A DNA stretch of 56,778 bases from IMG/VR virus record IMGVR_UViG_3300010267_000002; one strand, written 5' to 3'. The position numbers and the translations under genes are program-made. Shown piece by piece: positions 23,466 through 33,722 of the stretch. Position 1 is the stretch's first letter. The number at the start of each line of letters is the position of its first letter. This DNA is from a virus. The notes beneath the pieces were generated by a model. The model was not told the DNA's origin and did not search any database. It saw only the letters and a list, made by a program, of their open reading frames with translations.

Positions 23466-23816
23466 ATGTCTAACTTGGCAGATGTAAAGAACAAGACAGT
23501 TAAGATTACCTTAAATGACGGCGTTGAGCGTACAATTAAATTTACGCTCAATGCTTTGGCCGAACTGGAAGACAAATTTGGTTCAGTTCAAGCTGCTTTC
23601 GATAAGTTGGAAAAAGAAAACAGTATGAAGGCACTAAGAACCATTTTGTGGGCAGGCTTCTTACATGAGAGCCCTAACCTTACAGAGCAGGAAGTTGGTA
23701 ATCTAATTGATATTGCTTATATGGCAGAGCTTGTAGAATCACTCGGAACAGCTTTTGAAAGCGATATGCCGCAGGATAAAACTTCTGTAGAGGGATCTGG
23801 GGTCCCAAACGCCTAA
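23466..23816 (+). CDS. Tail assembly chaperone G
   Basis: 116 aa between the tube and tape-measure genes. Confidence 0.75.
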   Translation: MSNLADVKNKTVKITLNDGVERTIKFTLNALAELEDKFGSVQAAFDKLEKENSMKALRTILWAGFLHESPNLTEQEVGNLIDIAYMAELVESLGTAFESDMPQDKTSVEGSGVPNA

Positions 23817-24049
23817 ATCCCGATGATAGCAATGGGGCCGATCCCTTCAAAAGTGATGGTTGGGATTGGCCTTACATTCTATATGTCGGGAGAGTATGGC
23901 TACGGTATACTGAAAAAGAATTATGGCAGCTAACACCTAGGCAATTCAAAGCACAGTTAGAAGTGCATGCTGATATACAGCGTAGACTAAATGGCGCAAA
24001 AACACAAAGGGTACAAACAGGCTATATAGATCAACTTAAAGGATGGTGA
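23466..24049 (+). CDS. Tail assembly chaperone GT, made by a -1 frameshift at CCCAAAC (23804-23810)
   Basis: The -1 frame is open from 23780 to TGA 24047-24049. It encodes ...DWPYILYVGRVWLRYTEKELWQLTPRQFKAQLEVH..., and no start codon or SD of its own was found. Confidence 0.7.
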
Positions 24050-24053
24050 TACC

Positions 24054-27000
24054 TTGGCAAACTTCGCAAATCTAACAGCACAACTAAATCTTAATATACA
24101 GAACTTTGCACGGAATATGCAGAAGGCATCTGCCTTAGCTAGCAAGTTTGCTTCTGATCTACAGGGTAAGATAAATATTGGTATGGTGGAACCTGCAAAG
24201 AAAGCAAAGTTTGAATTTAAGGATGTAGCGCGTATTGTACAAGGTATCATAGTATCTAAAATTTTCTATAGCAGTTTGAATGCAATAAGACGCGCAACAG
24301 ACGCTGTATGGGAATTTTCAAAAGAGTTAGAGTATGCCAAGATGGTATACTCTAACCTATTTGGTGACACTGAGCTAGCTCAAGAGTTTATAAATGTTCT
24401 TAAAGATTTTGCTGCAGTTACACCATTCTCTTTTAAGCAGTCTGAAGAAGCGGCGAAGAGACTGCTAGCTTATGGTATAGAAGCAAAGAATGTTATGTTT
24501 GTGATGCAAGGCGTGCTATCAGCAGCTACCATTCAAGGTACTGATGCCGTTATAGAACCTATCTCCAGGGCCTTTGGTCAGATATACACCAAGGGTAGGT
24601 TAATGAATGAAGAGATGCGCCAGCTTGCTGAAGCCGGTATACCTGCATATGAAATATTGCAGGAGAAACTAAATCTAACCGCTGAAGAGCTTAGGAATCT
24701 AGGCAGAACGGCGATTCCTGCTCATGTAGCTATTAATGCACTTGTTGAAGGTATCAATGAGAGATTTGGAACTACTCTGCAAGCTGCTTCTAGTACTACT
24801 CAGGGTATAATAAGCAATATTGTAGATAACTCTACAATGTTGTTTGCCGGCATATTTGAGCCTTTTACAGAGTACTTAAGAGGCGCTCTAGGACGTTTCG
24901 GTGAGTTTATTAACGAGCTTAGAAGCATTTACGAGCTGAAGGGTCTTGGCGGTGTGTTCGAGAAACTAATACCGCCAGCACTGCAGCAAGATATAAAAGT
25001 GTTTATAGCTAATCTCAAGATTTTATGGGACATTATAAAGAGTAACTTGGCTTCGGCCTTTAAGCTTCTTGGTAGTCTACTTAAAGGGTTACTATATGCG
25101 TTTAATGCTTTAGCACCAGCTATATATACAGTTATTGGTACATTAGCTGGCTTATTAAAAATTATCACTAGTAATGAAAAACTAATGAAGGGCTTGACCA
25201 CTGCAATATTGGCCGCGGCGGCTGCGTGGGCTGTATACAAGCTTCAAGCGGTTGCAGCAAGTATAACTACTGTAGTAATCAAAGGAATAGTTGGTGCAAT
25301 AAAAGTTTTAGTAGCTGCTATGAACTTTGTGGTGGCTCATCCTATATGGGCTTTATTAGCTTTGGGTGTCGGTATTTTTATAGCACTGACTGGTGCTAGT
25401 GATAAGTTTAGAGATTCTATAAACAAACTATTTAGTGGGTTTACTAAACTTAGTGGTATGGATCCAAATAAAATGCTGCTGCCTGATTCTAAGGATAGAG
25501 CTAGTGACCTAGATAAATTCAATAAAGCTCTTGATGGTACTGGAAAAGGAATGGATGAGCTATCAAAGAAAGCGAATAAAGCTTCTAAGAGCTTACTGAG
25601 CTTTGATGAGGTATTCTCACTAAAGAGCCCTGACGAAGGAAATGCTGCTGATCAATGGGAAGATTTTATGGGCATCTTCGATGGTGCTGGTTTAGACTTA
25701 TCTGATATGCAGATTGAGTTTCCTGATGTCGGAGGTATAGCTACAGACTTTGTAGACAATCTTATAGGAGCTCTTGGTGGTAAAGATAAACTATTAGGTG
25801 CCGGCATAGGAGGCCTACTTGGTGCTGCTCTTGGGACTATAATTGGTGGTCCTATTGGTACTAAGATTGGTGGTATACTTGGAGCTATAGCAGGTTGGTT
25901 CTGGGATGATCTAGCTAAGCAGTTGGGTCTTACAGATGTTGGGGCTATTGCTTTGCCAATATCAACTGGGCTAGGAGCGGCTATAGGCGCCATTGCTGGC
26001 GGCCCAGCAGGAGCTTTAGTAGGTGGCGGTATTGGACTGCTAGTAGGTTGGTTTGTTAATGAGATAGCAAAGGCTTTAGAAACAGGTGACTGGTCTACTG
26101 TTGCAACTGCAGGAGGTATTGGAATAGGTGCTGCTATAGGAATGATAGCAGGCGGCCCAGCAGGAGCTTTAGTAGGTGGCGGTATTGGACTGCTAGTAGG
26201 TTGGTTTGTTAATGAGATAGCAAAGGCTTTAAAAACAGGTGACTGGTCTACTGTTGCAATTGCAGGAGGTACTGGAATAGGTGCTGCTATAGGAATAATA
26301 GCAGGCGGCCCAGCAGGAGCTTTAGTAGGTGGCGGTATTGGACTGTTAGTAGGTTGGATAATAGATAATATAGCAAAGGGTTTAGAAACAGGCGACTGGA
26401 GTATGATAGGGCTCTCTGTTGGTACAGGTCTAGGAGCGGCTATAGGCTTAGTTGCAGGAGGCCCATTAGGTGCAGTAGTTGGAACAGCAATAGGTGCGTT
26501 AGTTGGATGGATAACTGATATGTTTATAGAAGGTTTTTCTACAGGTAACTGGGATGTATCTGGTATATCATTAGGCTTAGGTACTGGAATAGGTGCTGCT
26601 ATAGGAATGATAGCAGGTGGACCTGTTGGTGCACTTATTGGAGGGGCTATTGGTGCTTTGATAGGTTGGCTAGTAGGGCTTATATCAGACAACTGGGGAG
26701 CTATAACTGATTGGTTTAAGCAAGCTTGGGCTGATATTGGGAAGTTCTTTGCAGGTATTGGCGAGTGGTTTGCACAGGTTGGAAAAGAAATAGGGGACTT
26801 CTTTGCAGATATTGGCGAGTGGTTAGATCAAGCTTGGACTGATATTACCACATGGTTTACAGATTTATTAAAGACTATAGGTGAATTTTTTGTTAAGATA
26901 TGGGACACTATCAAAGAAAAACTTAGTGGTGCCTGGGATTCTGTTAAAGAGTTCTTCCAAAATATATGGGACACTATCATAGAAAAGCTTAGTGGTGTCT

Positions 27001-27902
27001 GGGATTCTGTTAAAGAGTTCTTCCAAAATATATGGGACACTATCATAGAAAAGCTTAGTGGTGTCTGGGATTCTGTTAAAGAGTTCTTCCAAAATATATG
27101 GGACACTATCAAAGAAAAGCTTAGTGGTGCCTGGAACTCTATTAAAGAGCTCTTCCAAAAGATATGGGACACTATCAAAGAAAAGCTTAGTGGTGCGTGG
27201 GCGTCCGTCAAAGAGTTCTTCCAAAAGATATGGGACACTATCAAAGAAAAGCTTAGTGATGCCTGGAACTCTGTTAAAGAGCTCTTCCAAAAGATATGGG
27301 ACACTATCAAAGAAAAGCTTAAGGGGGCATGGTCGTCGGTTACTGAATTCTTTAGTGGCATGTATGACACAATACGTACTAAGATAACAGATATGTATGA
27401 CAGTGTTAAATCTGGCATAAGCAATATTTACCAGGCATTTAAGAACTGGCTTTCTGATATGTGGAATAATGTATTTGGTAAGTTCTTTGACTGGATAAAC
27501 AGTGCAATAAATAAGCTTAAAGATTTCTTTGGTCTGAATAGCAAAGCTCAAAATACTGACATTTCGTATGCTACTACAGGCGGATCAACTGGTACGGTAA
27601 CTATGGGGCATGCTCTTGGTGGTGTATTCAACAGAGAACACATAGCTAGATTTGCAGAAGGAAATAAAGCTGAAGCAATTATACCATTGGAAAATGAATC
27701 GGCCATGAAGCCATTTGTAGATGCAGTAGCTAATGGGGTTTCATCAGCTTTAATGCCCCTCATAGCTAACATATCGGTAGGACAGCAATCTCAACTTCAA
27801 CCACTATATGTTGGTACGTTGATTGCTGATGAGAGAGGGCTAAAAGAACTAAGCCGTAAGCTAGATATAATACAGCTAGAAGAAAAAGCAAGGAGGGGAT
27901 AA
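24054..27902 (+). CDS. Tape measure protein
   Basis: 1282 aa with internal repeat families. Position supports the call. Confidence 0.9.
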   Translation: MANFANLTAQLNLNIQNFARNMQKASALASKFASDLQGKINIGMVEPAKKAKFEFKDVARIVQGIIVSKIFYSSLNAIRRATDAVWEFSKELEYAKMVYSNLFGDTELAQEFINVLKDFAAVTPFSFKQSEEAAKRLLAYGIEAKNVMFVMQGVLSAATIQGTDAVIEPISRAFGQIYTKGRLMNEEMRQLAEAGIPAYEILQEKLNLTAEELRNLGRTAIPAHVAINALVEGINERFGTTLQAASSTTQGIISNIVDNSTMLFAGIFEPFTEYLRGALGRFGEFINELRSIYELKGLGGVFEKLIPPALQQDIKVFIANLKILWDIIKSNLASAFKLLGSLLKGLLYAFNALAPAIYTVIGTLAGLLKIITSNEKLMKGLTTAILAAAAAWAVYKLQAVAASITTVVIKGIVGAIKVLVAAMNFVVAHPIWALLALGVGIFIALTGASDKFRDSINKLFSGFTKLSGMDPNKMLLPDSKDRASDLDKFNKALDGTGKGMDELSKKANKASKSLLSFDEVFSLKSPDEGNAADQWEDFMGIFDGAGLDLSDMQIEFPDVGGIATDFVDNLIGALGGKDKLLGAGIGGLLGAALGTIIGGPIGTKIGGILGAIAGWFWDDLAKQLGLTDVGAIALPISTGLGAAIGAIAGGPAGALVGGGIGLLVGWFVNEIAKALETGDWSTVATAGGIGIGAAIGMIAGGPAGALVGGGIGLLVGWFVNEIAKALKTGDWSTVAIAGGTGIGAAIGIIAGGPAGALVGGGIGLLVGWIIDNIAKGLETGDWSMIGLSVGTGLGAAIGLVAGGPLGAVVGTAIGALVGWITDMFIEGFSTGNWDVSGISLGLGTGIGAAIGMIAGGPVGALIGGAIGALIGWLVGLISDNWGAITDWFKQAWADIGKFFAGIGEWFAQVGKEIGDFFADIGEWLDQAWTDITTWFTDLLKTIGEFFVKIWDTIKEKLSGAWDSVKEFFQNIWDTIIEKLSGVWDSVKEFFQNIWDTIIEKLSGVWDSVKEFFQNIWDTIKEKLSGAWNSIKELFQKIWDTIKEKLSGAWASVKEFFQKIWDTIKEKLSDAWNSVKELFQKIWDTIKEKLKGAWSSVTEFFSGMYDTIRTKITDMYDSVKSGISNIYQAFKNWLSDMWNNVFGKFFDWINSAINKLKDFFGLNSKAQNTDISYATTGGSTGTVTMGHALGGVFNREHIARFAEGNKAEAIIPLENESAMKPFVDAVANGVSSALMPLIANISVGQQSQLQPLYVGTLIADERGLKELSRKLDIIQLEEKARRG
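25795..26700 (+). repeat. About six repeats of roughly 144 bp encoding Gly-zipper, transmembrane-like segments (GGPAGALVGGGIGLLVGW...TGDWS)
   Basis: Read from the translated tape measure protein. Confidence 0.8.
26898..27359 (+). repeat. Seven near-perfect 66-bp repeats (IWDTIKEKLSGAWDSVKEFFQN), flanked by degenerate copies
   Basis: Read from the DNA and its translation. Confidence 0.9.
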
Positions 27903-27903
27903 G

Positions 27904-28260
27904 ATGGCAAACTTCACTGTTAATGGTATAGCAATTAAAAACCCTTCTAAATTTAAGATTGAGCGGTTCAATGTTACCAACATGGAGCGTCTAGCAGACG
28001 CTACCATGGTTGGTGATTTAATTGCAAAGAAGCGTAAGTTCTACTTTACGTACGATGCAATTAGCGGTGAGGATTTAGACACTATTCTTGAGGCTATTTG
28101 GGACTCAACAACTTTGTTCTTCCCTCTAGAGTATCTAGAAAACGGTGTCCCTAAAACTGCTACAGTATATGTAGGTTCTATACCAACAGAATTGCATAGA
28201 GCTGGTAGAACTACTAATTGGGTATGGAGAAATGTTACCTTCAATCTGATAGAAAAGTAA
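27904..28260 (+). CDS. Small tail protein (possibly a distal-tail-protein N-domain-like protein)
   Basis: 118 aa directly after the tape measure gene. Confidence 0.5.
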   Translation: MANFTVNGIAIKNPSKFKIERFNVTNMERLADATMVGDLIAKKRKFYFTYDAISGEDLDTILEAIWDSTTLFFPLEYLENGVPKTATVYVGSIPTELHRAGRTTNWVWRNVTFNLIEK

Positions 28261-28273
28261 GGAGGTGTAAGTA

Positions 28274-29605
28274 ATGTCACGAGTCGCAACAGATACAGAT
28301 TTTAATAATGATAGTAGGTATCTTGATGTAAGACTTGATATTTACTTCACCTCTACTCCTTTAAGCGTCTCAAAATCAGATTACTTAATAGACGCTGACT
28401 GGCTTGAAGAGGGCTCTACAGAATCATCCAATCCTTTCGGATCAATTTCTTCTAATGAGCTCTCCTTCAGGCTTTTCAATGATAATGGTATATTTAGCCC
28501 AACTAATGCGTCAAGTCCTTACTTTGGCAAAATAAAAGCTGGAGTACCTGTTGAGTTGTTTATTAAACCAGTCTATGACGATGAAGAAGTAGAATGGGTA
28601 CAGTTGGGTAAATATTACGTTACCGGTTGGGATGCGCAGGTTACTGGTACTTATGTGGACGTTGTGGCGAATGATGCGTGGCACAATATATTTAACAGTC
28701 CTATGCCGAATTATCCTATTACACGTAACACCACTTATTATGATTTTATGACAGACTTTTTCAACTTACTTGGAATAAGTGTTACTGTTGATGAATCCCT
28801 TGTAGGTAAAGTACCTTTCGCATTTGTGAGTGGCACTGTAAAAGACTTTTTACAGGAATTAAGCGCCGCGGCTCTTGGTTACGTAACAAGTACCAAGAAC
28901 GGAACCCCTATCATAGGCGCTTTTACAAGAGCTAAACCTGTTAGGGCTACTTTAACAGATGCTGATCAAATTAAAACTGTTTCCGTAAAACGGTCTATTA
29001 TACGAGCTTATGACGGAGTAGAGTTAACATACAGCGTTCCGCAGATTTCAGCGGTAACTACACTAGTAGAACTAAACGGCTTAACACTGACACAAGGCAT
29101 GAATGAGATAAATAATATAGCATTCAGTGCGGGGCCTCTTTGGCAAGTATCTATGGTTGATATTAAATCTAACAATGATGTAGTTACACTTAAAGACTTC
29201 ACAGCAACACAATGGTTAATATCGCTGCTTTTAGAATGTACAATTGAAGCCATTGCTGCAGACCTCAAAGTTTATGGAAAGACTATAGGGTTAACAGAAT
29301 TCACTTTATCTGACGATGCGGCGAAGCAATTAAGTATTTCAAATAAATACATCCAATCAACTGAATATGCGGAGTACTATAAGAGTATCCTAAACGCTTT
29401 CGTAAATAATGACACACCGCTACTATCGTTGTCAATACGCGGCAACCCATTGCTGAACATTGGAGACAAAGTAGTAGTTTCTAGTGCGAAGTATAATTTG
29501 AACTACACAGGTATCATACAAAGAATGAGTTACAAGTACTCAGGCGGCTTGACGTGCGATATGACGTTGCTGAACGCAGAAATATTGGAGGGGGTGGGTG
29601 TATGA
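28274..29605 (+). CDS. Tail/baseplate protein
   Basis: 443 aa. Position only. Confidence 0.6.
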   Translation: MSRVATDTDFNNDSRYLDVRLDIYFTSTPLSVSKSDYLIDADWLEEGSTESSNPFGSISSNELSFRLFNDNGIFSPTNASSPYFGKIKAGVPVELFIKPVYDDEEVEWVQLGKYYVTGWDAQVTGTYVDVVANDAWHNIFNSPMPNYPITRNTTYYDFMTDFFNLLGISVTVDESLVGKVPFAFVSGTVKDFLQELSAAALGYVTSTKNGTPIIGAFTRAKPVRATLTDADQIKTVSVKRSIIRAYDGVELTYSVPQISAVTTLVELNGLTLTQGMNEINNIAFSAGPLWQVSMVDIKSNNDVVTLKDFTATQWLISLLLECTIEAIAADLKVYGKTIGLTEFTLSDDAAKQLSISNKYIQSTEYAEYYKSILNAFVNNDTPLLSLSIRGNPLLNIGDKVVVSSAKYNLNYTGIIQRMSYKYSGGLTCDMTLLNAEILEGVGV

Positions 29606-31668
29606 TATATGGTTCTAATATCCTATCCTCAGTAGCAGCTAATTGGCAAGTAACGAACGGCACTGTTACAACAGAATCTATAACGCTTGAGGCTGGTGGG
29701 TACGCTGTTCAAAATATAGATTTAGCAGTATTACAATCTATACCTGAATACATGATGTTGTCCGTAGTAGCAACACCTTATGCTGACCCGTATGCTATGG
29801 GTCTTATAGCGGAACTTAAAGTATTGTCTGAGACAGGTGTAACGCATGTCTACACCATTCCTATAGTTGACACAGGTAATGGCGTATGCTCAATAGAGTT
29901 TCCAACCGAAGCTCTAGACCACGCGTCTTTAACTTTTACATTTAAGGCAACCGCTCCAGTAGTTATATCTGACTACGCTCTGTTTCCTCCTAAATTAACT
30001 GAGGTTGACTTGACAGAAGTGCTAGACAGATTGCCTAGGCTACTATCTGACTATAATCAGACATCTATAGAGGTTACGCAAAAAGAAGATATAGTAGCTT
30101 TGATTTCAGCGTACGTCACAGAGACTACTGAGCTCACAGGTAAATTCACACTTTCTTATGTCGCCTCGGAACCAACGGAACTAATCATAAGAATTAAAGA
30201 TAATGAAATCTCAGAGCTATATACACCTATGTATTTCTATGTGAACGCAGGACGTGGAACAATTGGAATACCGCATGCATATTTGATTAAGCAGCAAGGT
30301 TACCATAACTTTACTGTTACTGCTCAGGTCGTTAGTGGTTCAATTAAGATAGACCCAAGAAGAGTAATGTATATCATAGACGGCGGTCGTATTGCATATA
30401 ACGTAATGGACATTGGGTCTATAGCATATGATATAACTGTTCGCAAGTTAGAATCGGAGTCTCAGATATCTTTTATTTATGCAGCTTGCATAGATGATGG
30501 TATTTGTGTTATTAAGAAAAGCGCATACACAGAACTACCGGGCTCTGCCTGGATTGCTGAAGCTACCCTCGGAGAAGCAATAGATGCAGCAATAGAATTT
30601 GACGGGTATTGGATCACTGATCAGTATCCCTTTACGTTTAATACGGATGACGATCCTTGGGTAGGATGGGTAACTCCGACAGGTTCTCTTAATGTTAGAC
30701 GTTTGTATGCACAAGAGGACCCACTGGTTCTAGCTACAGATGTAAGTAAGGTAGCTATGGTGCGTGGTTGGAAAAACTCTATAGATATTGGACAAGACCA
30801 GGGTATGATAGTATTATACATTAAGAATGGGGTACCTTACTACAGAACTTATGCCGAACAAACAATAGGTAGTATGGCTTGGGAAGATGAAAGACCTTTA
30901 GCAATTTTTTCCGGTACAGCAGTAGATATAAATGGCTTCAGAACTAATGACTATAGAGTTGGTATAAATATCCTAGATAGTACTGGTACAACGCATTCTT
31001 TTATAACGCATAGGAACTGGGGCGGTATGGCATCACCAGTAGAACGTATTGATACAAGTATCACGGATATTATGTTTGAAGTAACACCGATAACATACCA
31101 TGATACGTATAGTGATGATGAGCGCATAGAATCGTCCATCGCAATTGAAAGGTTCTACGTATGCCCCGCTGATGTCGTACCAGAAATAGTAGGTACAGAG
31201 AGACTTAGCTTCTTAGATAAGAAGACAATTCAAGTAATATTCAACTATGAACTAGAATGTGAGCTAGACAACTTGAAAGCTTCCTTGGTACTGAAGAACA
31301 CATTAGATCAGCCATTTACGATAGAAACCGTAGAAGAAGCTGGTAATGTACTAACGATAAAGACAGTAGAGGAAATGCCCTTTAATCAGGATGTTATTTT
31401 AACATACAATATGGTAGGTTCGTACTACTTAGCCTTCAGAATCTCAAGTACATGTCTGTATGACTATGGTAATAGTATCAACTTGACCATAGAGGGTGTT
31501 CCACCGATTGGGTTCACTGAAGAGAATCTTGAAGTGGCAGTAACGGATATGGTGTTCAATGTTCAGCAAGTACACCATATTAACGCATATGATGGTGGAG
31601 AGAACCTTAAAACAAGTATAATGGATATTAGTTTTGTAGTAACTAAAGTTGGACATAACCCACTGTAA
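29602..31668 (+). CDS. Tail/baseplate structural protein
   Basis: ATG 29602 overlaps the upstream stop. The track start is 29554. Confidence 0.6.
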   Translation: MIYGSNILSSVAANWQVTNGTVTTESITLEAGGYAVQNIDLAVLQSIPEYMMLSVVATPYADPYAMGLIAELKVLSETGVTHVYTIPIVDTGNGVCSIEFPTEALDHASLTFTFKATAPVVISDYALFPPKLTEVDLTEVLDRLPRLLSDYNQTSIEVTQKEDIVALISAYVTETTELTGKFTLSYVASEPTELIIRIKDNEISELYTPMYFYVNAGRGTIGIPHAYLIKQQGYHNFTVTAQVVSGSIKIDPRRVMYIIDGGRIAYNVMDIGSIAYDITVRKLESESQISFIYAACIDDGICVIKKSAYTELPGSAWIAEATLGEAIDAAIEFDGYWITDQYPFTFNTDDDPWVGWVTPTGSLNVRRLYAQEDPLVLATDVSKVAMVRGWKNSIDIGQDQGMIVLYIKNGVPYYRTYAEQTIGSMAWEDERPLAIFSGTAVDINGFRTNDYRVGINILDSTGTTHSFITHRNWGGMASPVERIDTSITDIMFEVTPITYHDTYSDDERIESSIAIERFYVCPADVVPEIVGTERLSFLDKKTIQVIFNYELECELDNLKASLVLKNTLDQPFTIETVEEAGNVLTIKTVEEMPFNQDVILTYNMVGSYYLAFRISSTCLYDYGNSINLTIEGVPPIGFTEENLEVAVTDMVFNVQQVHHINAYDGGENLKTSIMDISFVVTKVGHNPL

Positions 31669-31700
31669 GGGTGGTAACCAAGTATAGGAGGTGTAAGGTA

Positions 31701-33719
31701 ATGAATGTAGAACAAAAAGTAAATATTCATAATAGGTTTGATGTGCATATCGACAACATCGAAACAGGAGAACATCGAGAATTTGTTGGGTACAACATTA
31801 TCCTTAACCAGATGTGGACAAGGTTGTGTGAGGGTCTTTCGTATTTCGAATATATTCATTTTGGTACAGGGACTGGAACACCAATACCAGAGGGAACTGG
31901 CTTGTTTAGTCATCTAGGAACGAAGCGAGCAGTGACAGAAGAGACTATTAAAGCCCTTCCAGTATCGAGTTGGAAACGAAAAATTGTTCTGAACCCAGAA
32001 GAGTTTGTAGGCTTTAAGATTAGTGAAGTTGGTATAGCTTTTGACAGTGATGTTTCGAGTCTAGTTACACATGCAATGCTTAAGGATAGTGAGGGTAATG
32101 CAATCTCGATTACCAAAAAGGATACAGATGTTGTAACTATTTATGCAACCGTGTTTATAACATTTATAAATAACCTTTCAGAGTTAAAGTTGATTGGTAT
32201 GCCCAATAACAATCAATTAATCAACTATTTAACTGGAGGTAATGCCCCACGTGGTTCTTTTGGGTTAAGTACAATTGAAAATCCATATTCAAATTTGGGA
32301 ACATCCGCTGTAGTTACATGGACTCCAGATATCCCAAATAGAAAAAGAAGAACAAATACGTCAAGGTTTGGAATTACATCTGGAAATGGTCATGTTAAAT
32401 ATTTAAACTTTACGGATCTATTTAGTCTAAAATTACCTGCACCCGATATATTTTCAGGTCAACCTTACACGGGTGTCCATATTGGAAGTGGCGATGGGGT
32501 TAATAAAAGTTTTATGCTACCGTCCGCCAATATTAGACAAAGCAGTTTAGCTATTAAAAAGAACGGTGTGGTTGTCTCAGATTATATTACAAATATAAAA
32601 TACCAAGAAAGCAATTCCAGAATTGCCAACCCTGCATCCTTGCCGGCAGGCAATGGGCAAGGAGTAGCACTTACACCCGATGGCACTGTTATGGCAGTGG
32701 CTCATATTACCTCACCATATGTCGCCACGTATGACAGGGTTGACGGGGTGTGGGTGAAGAGACCTGATCCTGCATCCTTACCGACGGGTACTGGGCGAGG
32801 AGTAGCACTCACATCTGACGGTACTGTTATGGCAGTTGCACATGATCGCTCACCATACATCACAACATATGACTGGGATGGAGAAGCATGGGTCAAGAGA
32901 CCTGACCCTGCATCCTTGCCGATAGGTAACGCCAGCGGAGTAGCACTCACGTCTGACGGTACTGTTATGGCAGTGGCACATTGGGACTCCAGTGGCTCAC
33001 CATGCATCACAATATATAACTGGGATGGAACGGAATGGGTCAAGAGACCTGACCCTGCATCCTTGCTGACAGGTAACGCCAGCGGAGTAGCACTCACACC
33101 TAACGGTACTGTTATGGCGGTTGCACATGATCGCTCACCATACATCACAACATATGACTGGGATGGAGAAGCATGGGTCAAGAGACCTGACCCTGCATCT
33201 TTACCAGCGCGCACTGGTACCGGAGTAGCACTCTCACATGATGGCACTGTTATGGCAGTGGCACATTGGGACTCGCCATACATCACTACATATGACTGGA
33301 TTGACGGAGCATGGGTAAAGAGACCTAACCCTGCATCCTTACCGACGGATACTGGGCGAGGAGTAGCACTCACATCTGACGGTACTGTTATGGCAGTTGC
33401 ACATGATGGCTCACCATACTTCACCATGTATGAATGGATTGACGGGGAATGGGTCAAGAGACCTAATCCTACGTCCTTACCAAGGGGCGATGGGCATGGA
33501 GTAGCACTCACACCCGATGGCACTGTTATGGCAGTGACACACTGGAACTCACCATACATCACCACATACATGGGTTTACCATTTACCCAAATAACTTTCG
33601 ACACACCACCTGCTTTGGATGATGTGATTACTGCAGACTATACTGTGGATGGAGTGTATAAGACCGACCAGTATGTCATAGATGTGTCATTCTCAATTCA
33701 ATTCGGGGAGGGGGTGTAG
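31701..33719 (+). CDS. Tail fibre / receptor-binding protein with a C-terminal seven-repeat (beta-propeller-like) domain
   Basis: ATG 31701 lies after AGGAGG. Seven repeats of about 45 aa: PASLPxGxGxGVALTxDGTVMAVAHxxSPYITTYDWDGxxWVKRPD. Confidence 0.7.
   Translation: MNVEQKVNIHNRFDVHIDNIETGEHREFVGYNIILNQMWTRLCEGLSYFEYIHFGTGTGTPIPEGTGLFSHLGTKRAVTEETIKALPVSSWKRKIVLNPEEFVGFKISEVGIAFDSDVSSLVTHAMLKDSEGNAISITKKDTDVVTIYATVFITFINNLSELKLIGMPNNNQLINYLTGGNAPRGSFGLSTIENPYSNLGTSAVVTWTPDIPNRKRRTNTSRFGITSGNGHVKYLNFTDLFSLKLPAPDIFSGQPYTGVHIGSGDGVNKSFMLPSANIRQSSLAIKKNGVVVSDYITNIKYQESNSRIANPASLPAGNGQGVALTPDGTVMAVAHITSPYVATYDRVDGVWVKRPDPASLPTGTGRGVALTSDGTVMAVAHDRSPYITTYDWDGEAWVKRPDPASLPIGNASGVALTSDGTVMAVAHWDSSGSPCITIYNWDGTEWVKRPDPASLLTGNASGVALTPNGTVMAVAHDRSPYITTYDWDGEAWVKRPDPASLPARTGTGVALSHDGTVMAVAHWDSPYITTYDWIDGAWVKRPNPASLPTDTGRGVALTSDGTVMAVAHDGSPYFTMYEWIDGEWVKRPNPTSLPRGDGHGVALTPDGTVMAVTHWNSPYITTYMGLPFTQITFDTPPALDDVITADYTVDGVYKTDQYVIDVSFSIQFGEGV
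32628..33590 (+). repeat. Seven tandem repeats of about 135-147 bp encoding the propeller-like blades
   Basis: Long stretches are identical between the repeats (for example GGTACTGTTATGGCAGT(G/T)GCACAT). Confidence 0.85.
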
Positions 33720-33722
33720 AAA

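Noticed and set aside
25652-27551. Long antisense or alternative-frame ORFs inside the tape measure gene (25652-26692 minus 346 aa, 26828-27424 minus, 26868-27551 minus, 27058-27387 plus)
   Set aside because: These are products of the internal tandem repeats, which keep all frames open. Their translations are low-complexity (Pro/Ala/Ile or Ser/Leu repeats). The sense frame encodes a coherent 1282-aa tape measure protein.
32702-33604. 300-aa minus-strand ORF inside the receptor-binding gene
   Set aside because: It mirrors the seven-blade repeat and has no SD. The sense strand fits the operon and has a strong SD.
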